Positions 37,430 to 50,707 of a stretch of 64,000 bases of DNA are shown in pieces. The notes under the pieces were generated by a model that worked only from the letters and a program-made list of their open reading frames with translations, had not been told where the DNA came from and did not search any database. The translations under genes were made by a program, and so were the position numbers. Position 1 is the stretch's first letter. Each line of letters starts with the position of its first letter. Source of the stretch: Chiloscyllium plagiosum. Lineage: Eukaryota. The stretch spans positions 77,722,925 through 77,786,924 of the forward strand of contig NC_057711.1 of assembly GCF_004010195.1 (NCBI RefSeq), written 5' to 3'.

Positions 37430-38210
37430 TTGCAACTGAAGCAGTTCATGTTCAAACGCAGCAGGACCTGGATGTTGTCCGTGTTTGGACTGACAAGTGG
37501 TCAGTAACTTTGGCTCCTCACAAGTGCGAGGCCATGGTCCATCTCCAACAAGAGAGAACCTAATCATTGCCCTTTGACATTCAGTTGCATTATTGTTACT
37601 GAATCCCCCCACAATCAACATTTTGGAAGATAACATTGACCAGAAACTGCACTACACATACCAGATAAATACAGCGACTACAACAGGAGGTCAGAGGTGA
37701 TGAATCCTGCAGTGTAATCCACTTCCGGACTACTCATCCACCATCTCCAGGATAGAAGTTGAGAATGTAACAGAATGCTCCCAAATGCTTGAATGAGTGC
37801 AGCTCCAATCACTTTCAAGAAGCTTGTCCAGGACAAAGATACCACATCATTAATCTTTCACTCAGCATCAATAATGTGTATCATCTCCAGGATGCACTGT
37901 AGAAATTCACAGCTTCTTCGCACCTTCCAAACCCAAGAGGACTACCATTTAGAATGACAAGAGCAGCAGATACATGAGCACTACATCCTGCAAGTTCTCC
38001 ACCAAGCCACTCACCATCCTGACTCGGAAGTCTATTGCTGTTCTTGGGTCAAAATCATGGAAGTCAGTTCCAGATGACTTTGGGTCTACTTACAGTAAAC
38101 TGATTGCAGTGTTCCAAGAAGGCAATTCCCCTCCAACATTTTGAGGGCAATTAGGTATGAGCATTAAATGCTGGTATTGCCACCTTCATCTCGTGAATGA
38201 ACTCCAAAAA
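37430..38210 (+). mobile_element. Degenerate non-LTR retrotransposon 3' region (CR1/L2-group)
   Basis: gacaagtggtcagtaactttggctcctcacaagtg, cattgaccagaaactg and gtgcagctccaa..tcaagaagctt; same family as 49930-50430 and 51300-51900 (-). Confidence 0.7.
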
Positions 38211-39265
38211 ATGATAAAAGCATTCACCCTAAGAATTGTTTAAAAAATGTCTCCTAGCAGTTCAATATTAGTTCCTAGTTGTGATCTATTGCAACATGTG
38301 GATAATTTCTATATTTATCATATCATCTATATTAAAACATATGCTGTACTGTAGAATGCAGTTTGAAAATTTAAATTTTTTACTCCTAAAGCAGTAACAT
38401 CTAATTGGTCTCACACCGATTGCATTTTCATGTTTACATTCAAACTTTGCCATAAACAGAGTGGACTGCTTTGACGTTATTTCTGGATTTGTTAGAATTG
38501 ACTTGATGGATCAAATTATATTCCTCTATGGCATAATTACTGTGTTATCCCTGGAACAAGAAGGATAGATTGCATTAGAATGATTACGTACAATGTTTTG
38601 GAATCGGGACATACATTTTGATATCATGCAGGACTCTCAGTACAGAACTTCTTTTGTCCACTATAATTTTGTGGTAGCAAGATACGGTTTTGTAATAAGC
38701 TTTGTACGTTGGAGCTAGTATGAGAAAATTCAGCAAATTTACCAAGCAGTTAATGTCATGACATTATGCTGTGATTTGCTGACCTAACATAAAGCATGTG
38801 TTGTTTTTATACTTGTTATTAACTATTAATACAAGCTTTGGTTATCTATTTGGAAAAGTTTTATTGCTATTGTTGTTTCTAATATACCAAGTAAAAGTTA
38901 CAGACATTATGGGTTTTGTATGAAGTGCTGCATTACGATGAGAATATGTAGAGTCTGCCCTCAACATTTGTTTAAGAATTTAATACACGTTAGTGCATTG
39001 AACTGAGGTTTTAAGATATGTCTACTCTTTGCTTTGAAAGTAAATGACATTTAAAAATGAGACTATCCATGCCCACACCAGCATTTCACTTTCATACTTA
39101 GCTTTTGCATTGATCCTTTATTTTTAGAGGCTTTTTTTTGAGACTCCATTTGTATGCTGACATCTAGAGTAAATGTTCTTCACAGTACAGAATTAAAGCA
39201 TTGTCTACAAATGTTGACTTGTAATCTCTTTTTAAGTAGATGTTGTCATTCTTTTGCATAATCAG

Positions 39266-39437
39266 GTGGGCATATGCTATAAATGGCATATTGGAAGAGA
39301 AGATAAAGCCTGCACTTAATGCTTGGTCATGGAGGCACATTCGAAAGCACAGACAAACATTAAGGAATTACAGGAGCCTTTATAAATCAAGGATCAAAAC
39401 TAAGAAACCAGATGAGGAACTTCTCAGTGCACTTGAG
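39266..39437 (+). CDS. VPS13A: VPS13A exon (exon 13 equivalent), 172 nt
   Basis: tcag|g WAYAINGILEEKIKPALNAWSWRHIRKHRQTLRNYRSLYKSRIKTKKPDEELLSALE|gttg. Confidence 0.96.
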
Positions 39438-40288
39438 GTTGGTTAACAGTAAAACATTGTTTAAGATAACCTTTTACATTAAAAATAACTAATGTTAATT
39501 TCGGAAGAGGTATGCCATGATATTTGATAAACCACAACAAAATGACCAACTTAAATGGTTTTGAAGAAAAATTCTAGTTTTTAACTTGTCAAAGCACCAA
39601 CCAAAAAATCTAGGCCCTAAATAATTCAGTTTAAATACCTACCTATCACTATTCCCAGTACACGTCAAAATTTATATTATGTGATTCTGTCTTTAAATGA
39701 ATGAAAATGTCAACATTCTTTGTCTGTGGTGGCATTCTAATAGACCCAATCCTGTTCTCAACCAGTGTATTTGCACAAATGCACAAATACAGGACACCAG
39801 CCATTTTCTCCATTCTAGTCCAAGATTACATGCAGAATCATATAGTGTCGGAGAAACTCATTCAATTGCCTGTCCCAATTCTTTGAAAGAGATGTTGTTA
39901 TCATCCCACTGCCCTTTCCCTATAAGTGCTTCTGCGTCTTTTTAATCATCCCCTCAAATATTTGTTTAGTTCTTTCTGAAATTGTTAGCTGATGCAAATA
40001 CTGCACAAGTCGAAACTCAGAGTAAAACTTGGCTTGATAATTTATATGTTTGATATTTGCACTTGGCCAAAATGGTAGTTAAACACTGACCATATTCACA
40101 ACAAATAAAAGAAAGCTCTACATACTTATATACAAAAATTAGTTGTTGGAGTTTTGCTGCTCGTCAGGAATATCCTTTTACAGATAATCCAAACGCACTG
40201 AAGTGTCATTCTTATATTAAGCCTGATTTCTTTCTTAGCTGAGTCTTTCTAATTTGCTGTCTGTCAGACACTTTTCCAGTTCCGATGC

Positions 40289-40825
40289 CTATGTGTTTGT
40301 TGATGGAGTTTGTGGATGAGTGCCATGCTTCTAGGAATTCCCTGGCTGTTCTTTGTTTCATTTGCCCTAAAATGGTAGTGTTGTCCCAGTCAAATTCATG
40401 TTGCTTGTCGTCTGCGTGTGTGGCTACTAAGGATAGCTGGTCGTGTCGTTTCGAAACGACATGACATGACCAGCTATCCTTAGCAGCCACACACACAGAC
40501 GACAAGCAACATGAATTTGACTGGGACAACACTACCATTATAGGGCAAGCGAAACAAAGAACAGTCAGGGAATTCCTAGAAGCATGGCACTCATCCACAA
40601 ACTCCATCAACAAACACATAGACCTGGACCCAATATACCAGCCACTACAGCGGACAGCTGAAACTGACAACCGGAAGAGGCAGGGACAGGCCACTATAAA
40701 TGCCGGAGGAAACACCACAGAAGCGCTTCACAGGAGGCTCCCAAGCACTGAGGATGTCACCTAGACAGGGGACGAAATGTTTGCAACAAAAACTTCCAGC
40801 TCGGCGAACAGAACCACAGCAATGA
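40289..40825 (+). mobile_element. Penelope-like element 3' end (GIY-YIG C-terminal region) with inverted 5' duplication and hammerhead
   Basis: KRHDQLSLVATHADDKQHEFDWDNTTILGQ..AREFLEAWHSSTNSINKH is present on both strands around a palindrome centre at 40452/40453; tail gcactgaggatgtcacctagacaggggacgaaatgtttgc. Confidence 0.88.
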
Positions 40826-42135
40826 TGTATCAATTTCAGATTTTCCTTCTCCTAACTCTTAAATACTGGGTAGTCGCTTTTCGCATCTCATCCTGATGTG
40901 ATCCTGCTCTGTGTGGCTTAAATCAAAATTTTAAATCATCCACTGTTATATGTTCTTCTCCCAGAAAATTCTTAACAACTTTCAAGGCCTAATCTATGTA
41001 ATATATTTTGGAATTTTTTTTTTAAATGTCCAGTGCCTCCCAATTACTTATTTCTTTATGGATTCACTGATAATTCATAATTTCAATGAATACCTTTTGT
41101 TGCCAATAGCTGGAAAGCTATAAGGGAAAAGTCAACTCCTAGAATGAATCTTGACTTGTAAGATCATAATGAAACAAAAAATATTGAAGATGTTGACACA
41201 AATTGCCAAAGAAACTCAGCGTGTCTGCCAGCATTAGTGTGGGTGGGGTGAGTTACCATTTCGGGTCCAGTGACGCTCCTTCAGAACTCTTTTGATGGAT
41301 CATTAGTTAAATTTATGACATTGCTAACTATATTGGTTAGTCGCTGAATATGTTTACACGAGGCTAATCATCTTCAACAAAAGAACATAGCTTATTTCAC
41401 AAAAAGGGAAAGAGAAAAATCTACAACAGTTTCAAATGATTTGATCATAAAGAGTTTCAACTATTTTCCCAGCATTATCCTTTACAGATACTTGATCCCA
41501 GTCCTTTCTTAACTCTCAATGTTTATTTCCCTGACTTTCTCCATTTCTGATAGCCTAGACACTTCCCATTTCTGATGACCTAAACTTCTCTTCTGTTCTG
41601 ACAACTCGAAAACTTTTATGCTCTGAGACTTCACAAATTGAAGTGAAGCTTCTGCTTCTGCTAAAGTGAAGCTGTTCTCCTGGGCTAAGCCTGATTCTCT
41701 ACTAAATTCAAAAGAAACAACCCTAATAGACTGTTTTTCTGTAAGTCGTAGAACTTCAACTTTTTTAGCAAGTCATCAAATTAACATCACAAGTATCCTG
41801 CTAAGAACAGATTTGAAGTCATATGCTTTCTTGGAAATTATGTTTCTCGTTTACTGCTCTCAATGACTTTCTGACTTCTACTAAACAGAACCTATCCTCA
41901 AAATTGAAGCCATATTTCTATTTTAACTTGAGAATCAAGATTTTAAAGTATGAATATATATTGTGTATTGTCACAAGTGTAGTTGTTGAGTTGTCTTCCA
42001 TCATCCTTTTCAGGTAGTGTATTTCAAGTAACAGTAATTTGCTGAAAAAGCTATTCTCATTTTGCCCCAACTCTCTCCTCAGTTACATTTTCAAATTTGT
42101 TTTCTACTTGTTTTTATGATTGTTTTGTTTTTCAG

Positions 42136-42198
42136 GAACTTGAAAAAGACCTTGATTTGTTTAACATTACACTTGCAAGACAGCAAGCAGAAGTAGAG
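42136..42198 (+). CDS. VPS13A: VPS13A exon (exon 14 equivalent), 63 nt
   Basis: tcag|ELEKDLDLFNITLARQQAEVE|gtat. Confidence 0.96.
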
Positions 42199-42455
42199 GT
42201 ATTTTATTGAAGGATTTTAAAATGCAAATTGACTTTGATAGCCAAGCGCATTTATTTTGTAATTCTGTTTATTCTGTTTATTTGCTCATTTACTTAATAT
42301 AATATACTAAAATATTTAGTTTGCATTGTAAACTGTTTTAAATAATTAATATGGCTCACCGACACGTGAACTCTGTCTTATGATATAGCTGCATAAATAT
42401 CAAGCTTGATACCCAAGAAACTAAAGACAATGTATTCTGTAAATGTTTCTTCTAG

Positions 42456-42585
42456 GTTATGAAAACAGGGCATAAAATTTACAGACCGGGTGCAAAAATT
42501 GAAGATGAGAAAACTGGTGGATGGTTTGATTGGGTTTGGAATTGGGCAGGAACAAAAGAAGAGAAACCACAAGAATCCAAATCTG
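42456..42585 (+). CDS. VPS13A: VPS13A exon (exon 15 equivalent), 130 nt
   Basis: ctag|VMKTGHKIYRPGAKIEDEKTGGWFDWVWNWAGTKEEKPQESKS g|gtac. Confidence 0.93.
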
Positions 42586-42687
42586 GTACAGGAAAATATT
42601 TTACTGCCCATTAAATCTGATATTTAATATGTAAATCTAATATAAAATTAGAAATTGCTGTTGGCAGATTTGAGAAAGATCTAATGG

Positions 42688-43400
42688 AGTCAGAGTTGTA
42701 CAGCATGGAAACAGAGCCTTTACTCCAACTCATCCACACCGACCAGATATGCTAAATTAACCGAGTCTAATATTTTCAGCATTTGCCCTAATCCCTCTAC
42801 ACCCTTCCTATTCATATACCCATCCCGATGCCTTTTTAAATGTTTTAATTATATCAGCTTCCACTACTTCCTCTGGCAGCTCATTGCATACACACACCAT
42901 CTTCTGTGTGGAAAAAGTTCCCCTTTAGATCCCTTTTAAATCTTTCCCCTCTTGCCTTTAAACCTATGGTGTCTCATTTTGGGGAAAAGACCTTGGATAT
43001 TAGCCTATCTTTGGCCCTCATGATTTTATTAACTTCTGTAAGGTCACCCTTCAGCCTTCAATGCTTTAGGGAAAATAGCCTCTTCCTAAAGCTCAAACCC
43101 TCCCACCCTGGCAATATTCTTGTAACTCTTTACTGAACCCTTTGACATTTCACAACATCCTTCCTACAGCAGGGAGTCCAGAATTGCTTGCAGTATTCCA
43201 GTAGTGGCCCAATGAATGTCCTCTACAGCTGCAACATGATGTCCCAACTCCTATACTCAATGCAGTGACCAAACATAACCAAATGCTGCTTTCACTATCC
43301 TGTCTACCTGCGACTTTACTTTTAAGGAAATATGAAGCTGAACCCCAAGGTCTCTTTTTGTCCAGCAACATCCCGAGGATCTTACCATTAAGTGTATAAG
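42688..43400 (-). mobile_element. CR1 LINE fragment (same family as 28370-29575)
   Basis: Begins with the reverse-complement tail gagtcagagttgtacagcatggaaacag; RT C-terminal motifs. Confidence 0.9.
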
Positions 43401-43819
43401 TATATGAAACTCCTGTTTACTGACTTCCCACATGACAGCTATCTAGGTTCATAGGAAGGTGGGGATGATGCAAATGGACTCCACATTGCGAGAGCTGGAG
43501 TATCTGGGGTTGAGTTGAGACATCTAGTTGCAGACGTTCTGATAAGTTTGCTGGGGCGGTGAGAGGTGGCGGCAAATGCGCATGACCATGAAATCTGCTC
43601 TTGGTCATCTTGGACCACAGACCATGGGATTATTTCACTCCCTCCACCATGGATATATTTTGTGTACCATCCACAAAATTGAATACAACAACTCAACAAG
43701 GCACCTTTACAAGAGTGCTTTCTGAACCTATCACCTGTAGCACATGGAAGAAACAAGAGTAGGAGATACGTGACCACACCACAACCTGCAAGTTTCTTTA
43801 TAAGGCACACACCATAACA

Positions 43820-44560
43820 CCATAAGAAACAGAAACTAGAATAAGCCTTTTGTCCCTTTTGAGCTTCCTCTGCTGTTCAATAGGATCATGGCTGATCAGA
43901 CATTCCTCATGTTCACTTTCCTGTCCTTGTCCCATAATACTTAGAGTTTTGATCAATATAGGAAATCCTCTGTATCACCTTTGTTATATACACAAGGTAT
44001 CTGCCCCCACAGCTCTTTGTGGCAAGGAGTTCCAAAGACACTCAACTGCCTGAGAAGAAATTCCTCATTGTCTCAGTCTCAAATGGTGCCCTTTATTCTG
44101 AGACTATGCCCCCTGTCCTAGACTCTCATGAGAGTCTCATCCTCTCAGCATTTATACTGTCAAACCCTTAAGAATTTTATATTTCAATGGGATCACCTCT
44201 CATTCTTCTTAACACCCAGTGAGTAGAGTCCCAACCTGCTTAATCTTTGCTCATAAGACAATCCTTCAATTCTGTGGATCAATCTGGTGAACCTTCTCTA
44301 AATTGCCTCAAATGAAATACTATCTCTTGTTAAATAAGGGAACCTAAACTGCTCACATTACTCCAGATGTAGCCTCACCAGCACTTTGATACAGTTAAAC
44401 TAAGACTCCCGACTCTTAATCTTCAATCCCTTTGATATAAGAGCCTACATTCATAGGAATGTAGGAGCAGGAGTAGCCCATTCCACTATTCATCTGAGAT
44501 TATGGCTGATCTATGATCTACCTCCATTTTGTGGCCCATATTCCTTTTAATACCTTGTTA
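43820..44560 (-). mobile_element. Older CR1 3' fragments
   Basis: cataagaaacagaaactagaataagcc..gttcaataggatcatggctgatc and cataggaatgtaggagcaggagtagccc tails. Confidence 0.75.
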
Positions 44561-45177
44561 TGCCATAAAACCTTAGCAATGTCCTGACATGGAACTGTAC
44601 GATTGTTCCTTCACTGTTGCTGAGTCAAAGTCATGAAATTCTCTCCCTAACAGCATTATGGTTGTCCTCTGACCACATGGACTGTGGCAGTTTAGAATAC
44701 AGCTCACCTTCTGGAGGGCTATTAAGGCAGCATAAGAAATACTGGCCGAGCCAGTGACACCACATAACTGAATTTACAAAAGAAAAGATGTAATTCATGG
44801 ATTCAACCCTTTTCACCTCCTTTCCTCTCCTTGTGTTTTAGAGGCGGCAAAAGTTAAAATGGCAGCAAACCATCTGCTTAAATTACCCATTTTCCAACTC
44901 TCTGTTGAAATCGCTAATGGAGCAGTTGTGATTGTGATTTCATTGTTTTATCTTCTCACCCACCACCTCCCTAATTCATCCTGATGTATACTCCTTTAGT
45001 GTGCCCTGTTTGCCCTGAAAGGGAGATTAGCATACAGATTTTTTTTGAATTAGGAAAATGTAAATTCACTGGTCGTCTTCTGATGTTCTGTACTAATACT
45101 GAAAGTACATTTGTGTGAGAATGCTATTTGAATCTAGTTTTTAGCTGTAATGCACTACAGTTCAGTTGCCTTCAAAG

Positions 45178-45640
45178 CTGGAGAGGGTGTGGAAGGTTTG
45201 AGTTATAAAAAAAAGCTGGGATTTCTTTCACTATAGCGAGGAGGTTGAGAGGTGACCTGATTTAAAGAGGTGACCTTATAACATAATGAGAGGTATAGAT
45301 AGAGTTAACGGTAGTTGCCTTTTCTGTAGGAAGGGGGATTTCAAGACTAGGGAGCACATTTTTAAGGTGAGAGGAGAAAGATTTTAAAAAGACATGAGGG
45401 GCAAATTTCTCTTTTACACAGAGAGTGGTTTGCGTGTTGAATGAACTTCATGAGGAAATGGTGGATGTGGGTACAATTATAAATATTTAAGAGACATTTG
45501 GATAACCACCTGAATTGGAAAAGGTTTGGAGCAATATGAGCCAGGAGCAGGCAAGTGGGACTAGTTTAGTTTGGGATTATGTTCAGCATGGACTGGCTGG
45601 ACCAAAGGGTCTGTTTCCATGCTGTATGACTCTGACTGGA
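45178..45640 (+). mobile_element. CR1 3' fragment
   Basis: gaggttgagaggtgacctg..ttttacacagagagtggt..gggtctgtttccatgctgtatgactct. Confidence 0.85.
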
Positions 45641-47575
45641 CTCTGAACAATAGTGACTTAGATGAGACACTAAACAACTACTTAATGTCCATTGCATTAC
45701 ATATAACAAGGTATATACTTTATGTGTGAGAGGAAAAGATGAAGATGCTTTTGAGAGATAGTTATGAATTATTTTCCTTTACTCATTTGAATAAATATAG
45801 TTTGTCTGAGAATCATCCTTAGTGTCAAAGAACTAAAACCTGCAGAATCTCTGGAGGTGGACTGTAAGTTGCTCAATCTCTGTTTTTGCTGCAATATTTT
45901 GATCACATTTAAACTAGTTTGCCTTTGCAAGTTTGTTTGCTTTCCTGTCACTGAACTAATTTATGTTAGTTTTTTTTAATCATAACACTACAAACTGGAA
46001 TCAATCTAAAATTGCAGGAAATTTTTCACTGCAGTATAAATCTGAAATATGATATTTCCCTTCAAACATTTTCCATGTACCTGTGTGATTGCTCTGATGC
46101 CCTCTGCCATTTAAATGTTTCAGTCTTCTGATCTTATTTCCTTTTATTATGAGCTTCCACTTCCTGTGCAACTTTCTTTTCTACTCAGATGACTACAGGT
46201 CCTCTGTTTCTTCCTTGAATGAAAGTCCAACTAGTCCTGATCTGCCATTAAGCTACTTCACTTGACTGAACTTGTGCTTCTTTCAACCAAATTCTCCACT
46301 CATTTCCAAATATAGAGCATTTGTATAGAAGGCTGTATAGATCCAAAATGTGTCTGCTTTTATATGAGGTGTATGGAATGCTCTTTGTTTTTGTCTTTGT
46401 TCCATTCCTTCACTGGCAGCTTTGTTTGATTGCTTATTTGAGTTCTTGCAGCTTCCTGCTTTTGTTCTGAATTTGAAAAGAATCATCTTTTGCTTAAGCT
46501 GAAAATCATGCTTCCAATACACACCTCTCTCTTGCTTTTACATGGTCCATCTCTGACTTTTCTCTCTTCCTGGTTTTCTTTATACCCATAACACACACGC
46601 ACACTTTGACTTCACTTGCTGCCATTCTGCTACTTTCGAGGATTCTCTTCCATTCTCTAAATCCCATGGTGAATGCAAGTTGGAAAGGAGTCAAAGTGAA
46701 TTTATTCTCCTGATCTTGTCATTCCCAAACTTCATGAAATACTTGGAAAATAAATTAATTGACAGAATTGGGGTTTGAAAAGGGATTTCCTGAAATTGAT
46801 TTTAAACTGAATCGTCAAATGATCCTTTTGTGTCCAAAGATACTTCTCGTTCTTAGATTAACTTCAGTTAATTGTGCTCCAATATGTTGACCATTACCTA
46901 AAAATCCAAAAGCTTTTTCTGAAATTAGGTTCAGTTATGAAGAGTGACCCATGACAACTGAAATGTTATTGATGATTGAGTAATAGAGATGAATTTTCCT
47001 CCTGCCTACCTTCATGAAGTTGTCAGAATTGAAGTAGTAAAGGGGGCAAACCTTGTATGTCCCAGTATGAGCCAGAATGATTGCTTGAAATTTTTTTTGT
47101 TTCTACTCACTAATCTTGTGTTTTCCAGATCATTAGTGGAAATGCTGGAATTGTCTCTCAGATATTTTTGCAGACCTTTTCAGCGATTCCTTTAAGAGCT
47201 TTCATACTTTAAGAGCTTTCAAGTTAGCCCCACTGGAATGAAAAATAAGCATTTTATTTATTAGAACAGATTGACTAAGCTAGAATAATTAGCAAGAATT
47301 TTAAAGTAACCTTCTGTTCCAACTTTGACCTCAGGTGCTGAAGTAATCTTCCTGCCCCTTTGAAAAGGAGCACAGTATTGCATCTCACACTTTGCTGCAC
47401 CTGTATGATTGACTTGAGTCAGTGGGGCACTTTTTATATTTTTAGAATCTTCATCTGTAGCATGCTAATAGAACTGATAAGTCAGTTAAGCTATTCATTC
47501 GTTTTGGTCTGAAACAGTTTTTAATTAAGATGTAGAAAGCTACTTTTCCTAACTTGGAAATGTGCTTATTTTTAG

Positions 47576-47670
47576 GAATTGATTTATTGATGACGCCTGA
47601 AGAAAAAGCTAAACTCTATGCAGCAATTGGATATAGTGAAGCTGTGGTGGACCCAACAATGCCTAAAAGA
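47576..47670 (+). CDS. VPS13A: VPS13A exon (exon 16 equivalent), 95 nt
   Basis: ttag|(G)IDLLMTPEEKAKLYAAIGYSEAVVDPTMPKR|gtag. Confidence 0.96.
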
Positions 47671-48349
47671 GTAGGTTTTATAAAATTACTCATTCACATT
47701 GTTCCTGCATCATCGTTTGGTATAGTATGGTCAATGAAACTAAGAGATGCTGTTATGCAAATGCAACAACTTTTTGTTTGAAATGCAACCTTATGAACCA
47801 GCACTCTTGATAAACCACCAAACATTATGTACCTGAAATATTGGAGGTTACTGTATTATCATGATCTCTTCAATGTGTGTAATCAGTTGAGGATGCAAGT
47901 GAGAATGCTGTCTGCTGGTAGTTTTTATTTAAGGCAAAGATGCATGATAATTTTATTCATGCTGTAAATAAAGTATAACTGATGTATATACAGTCTGCAT
48001 TTCATTTCTATTATTTTGTGTTGTTTTCACATTAATTTTATATTTAATATTAATTAAATATTCTGATCAACCAGAATATTTGATGAACTAATACCCTCCT
48101 AGTCCCGTAGTTGCCAGTTAATAAGATATTTGCTGTATTTTATTCCGTAACCATTGTAAATGTAACTTTTCAGGCAAGTTGATTTGCCTTGTATTTGCTC
48201 GATTATTTCACTGTTTTTTGATGTGAATAGTTGATCTCCCATGGTGTTACCAACAGGATAGAGAGAAAATCAAAGTTATTTTATCTTCCTCTTTCCATCT
48301 TGTTCAGTAAAAAGTTGTATCCCTTTGGGGCTCGTTCCTTCAGTAGTTA

Positions 48350-49510
48350 TAGAGTCATAGAGTTGTACTGCATGGAAACAGACCCTTTGGTCCAACTCAT
48401 CTATGCTGACCAAATATCCTAAATTAATCTAGTCCCATTTGCCAACACTAGGCTCATATTCTTCTAAACCCTTAATATTCTTGTACCCATCCAGATGCCT
48501 TTAAATGTTGTAGTTGTGCCAGTCTCAACCACTACCTTTGGCAGCTCATTTCATATAAGCACCACACTTTGTGTGAAAACGTTGCCCCTCAGGTCCCTTT
48601 TAAATTTTTCCCCTCTCACCCTAAACCAATGCCCTCTAGTTCTGGATTCCCGCTCCCCCATCCAAAAAAATCCAGGGAAAAGACCTTGTCTATTTACCAT
48701 ATACATGCCCCTCTTGATTTTTAAACTTTTAAGGTCACTCCTCAGTCTCTGACCCTCCAGCAAAAAGAGCCCCAGCCTATCCAGCCTCTCTCTGTAGCTG
48801 AAACCAGGATTTGGTTTAGCTCAGTTGACTGGATGTTGGTTTACATAGCAGTGTGATGCCAACAGTGTGGGTTTAATTCCTATCTTTGGTTTGAGGTTAC
48901 CATTTAGTATTCTCCTTCTCAACCTCTTCCCTTGCCTGAGGTCTGGTGGCCCTCAGGTTAAATCACCACCAATTGCTTCTGTCCAATGAGAAAGCAGCCC
49001 CTCTGATCTGACAAGACTATGGTGACACAGCAAGATAGCTGAAACTCTCCAACCCTGGCAACTTGTTTATAAATCTTTTCTGAACCCTTACAAGTTTCAT
49101 AACATCCTTCCTATAGAAGGGAGAGCAGGATTGCACATGATATTTCAAAAGTGGTCGAACCAATGTCCTATACAGCTGCAAAATGACCTGACCAATTAAA
49201 GAAAGCATACTAAATATCTTCTTCACTATCCTATCTGCCTGCGACTCCACTTTCAAGGAATTATGAACCTGCATTCTAAGGTCCCTTTTTGTTCAGCAAC
49301 ACTCCCAGGACCTTACCATAAAGTGTACAAGACTTGGCTTGATTTGCCTTTCCAAAATACAGCACCTCACATTTACCTACGTTAAGTCCATCTGCCACCC
49401 ATTAGTCCATCTGATCAAGGTAGTACTCTGAGATAACCTTCGTTGTCCACTACATCTCAAATTTTGGTGTCATCTGCTAAGTTACTAACCGTACCTTGTA
49501 TGTTCACGTC
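48350..49510 (-). mobile_element. CR1 LINE interrupted by a SINE at 48808-49035
   Basis: RT C-terminal ORFs 48551-48763 and 49017-49274; the CR1 sequence resumes after the SINE. Confidence 0.9.
48808..49035 (+). mobile_element. tRNA-derived SINE (second family)
   Basis: ggtttagctcagttgactgg (A box) and gggtttaattcc (B box); core cctgaggtctggtggccctcaggttaaatcaccacca. Confidence 0.8.
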
Positions 49511-49694
49511 ACGGGAAGGGATTAGAGGGATGTGAGCTAAATGCTGGCAAATGGGATTAGATCAGTTTAGGATAGCTGATTGGCATGCTAGAGTTAGACA
49601 AAAGGGTTGGTTTCTTTGCTGTATGACTTTGACTCTGTGATATCAAGAAACAGCTGAAGACATTGGAAGTTGTAAAGACTAGGGCTTTTAACTG

Positions 49695-49925
49695 GAATTG
49701 GTTTAGCTCAGTTAGCTGGATTGTTGTTTTGCAGAGCAAGTGTGATGCCAACAGCATGGGTTCAATTCCCATCACCGGTTTGAGGTCACCATGAAGGACT
49801 GTCCTTCTCAATCTCTTCCCTCACCTGATGTCTGATGACCCTCAGGTTAAATCGCCACCAGTCGATTCAGTCTCTGAGAGAACAGCTGCTGTGATCTGTA
49901 AAACTATGGCGGCACAGCAACAATG
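49695..49925 (+). mobile_element. tRNA-derived SINE (same family as 48808)
   Basis: ggtttagctcagttagctgg..gggttcaattccc..ccctcaggttaaatcgccaccagtc. Confidence 0.8.
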
Positions 49926-50564
49926 ACAGGGCTTAACAATACTCTGGCAACATATTCTGAAGACGTGAGCTCAGAACTAGCCATATCGTAGCTAAGTTAT
50001 TCCAGTATAGTTAACATCTAAAGCGATGTGATTGATTTGAACCCCCACCTTTGAAATTTGCTCCCTTCAACACACAGTGGCAACAGTGTGTACCATCTAT
50101 AAGACATACTATAATAACTCACCAAGACTGTTCTGACATTGTCTTTGAAACCCATCACTATTACTGTCTAGAAGCATAAAGGCAGCAGATGCATGGAAAC
50201 ACCATCAACTGCAAGTTGGCCTTTAAACCATTATCCTAACTTGGAACTCTGTTGCCATTCGTTATTTGTCACTGGGTCCAACTCTTAGAACTTGCTTGCA
50301 AACAAAATTGTGGGTATCACTGCACCCCACGGATTGCTGTGGTTAAAAGTTCACCACGATCTTCACCAGAACTAATGGAGATGGGCAATAAATGCTAATG
50401 CTGCCCACGTCTTATGAATGAATAAAGAGAATGTACATTTGCCCCCAATTTAAATGAAAATGCTCATTGTTATTGCTGCTGACTTCTAAATGGAATGTAA
50501 AATTTATTTGCATTGTACACTACTTAGTATTGTACTTAGTATTGTTCTTGATCTAATTGTATAG

Positions 50565-50707
50565 TATGAAGCAGTAAAACTTTCCGTGAAGCTTGTTAGC
50601 ATGTCCGTTTCCATTCGAGAAGAAGAAGACCAGCCAGAGATCATGAAATTTGCTGTGATTGACTTGAGCATGATGATGATCCAGAGACCAGGAGCACAAG
50701 CAATAAA
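50565..50707 (+). CDS. VPS13A: VPS13A exon (exon 17 equivalent), 143 nt; last exon found in the window
   Basis: atag|YEAVKLSVKLVSMSVSIREEEDQPEIMKFAVIDLSMMMIQRPGAQAI aa|gtat. Confidence 0.95.

Noticed and set aside
40212..40718. 168-aa ORF on the minus strand
   Set aside because: It is produced by reading through the PLE palindrome; half is antisense text.
47190..47222. Short tandem duplications (tttaagagctttca twice; tacttagtattg twice at about 50521)
   Set aside because: These are ordinary slippage duplications with no further structure.
10185..50707. Alternative identity as VPS13C
   Set aside because: Peptides such as RIEEAKQKV, PCLHD, WSWRHIRKHR and the KIY..GWF.W.W exon fit my recollection of VPS13A better; a reciprocal BLAST would settle it.
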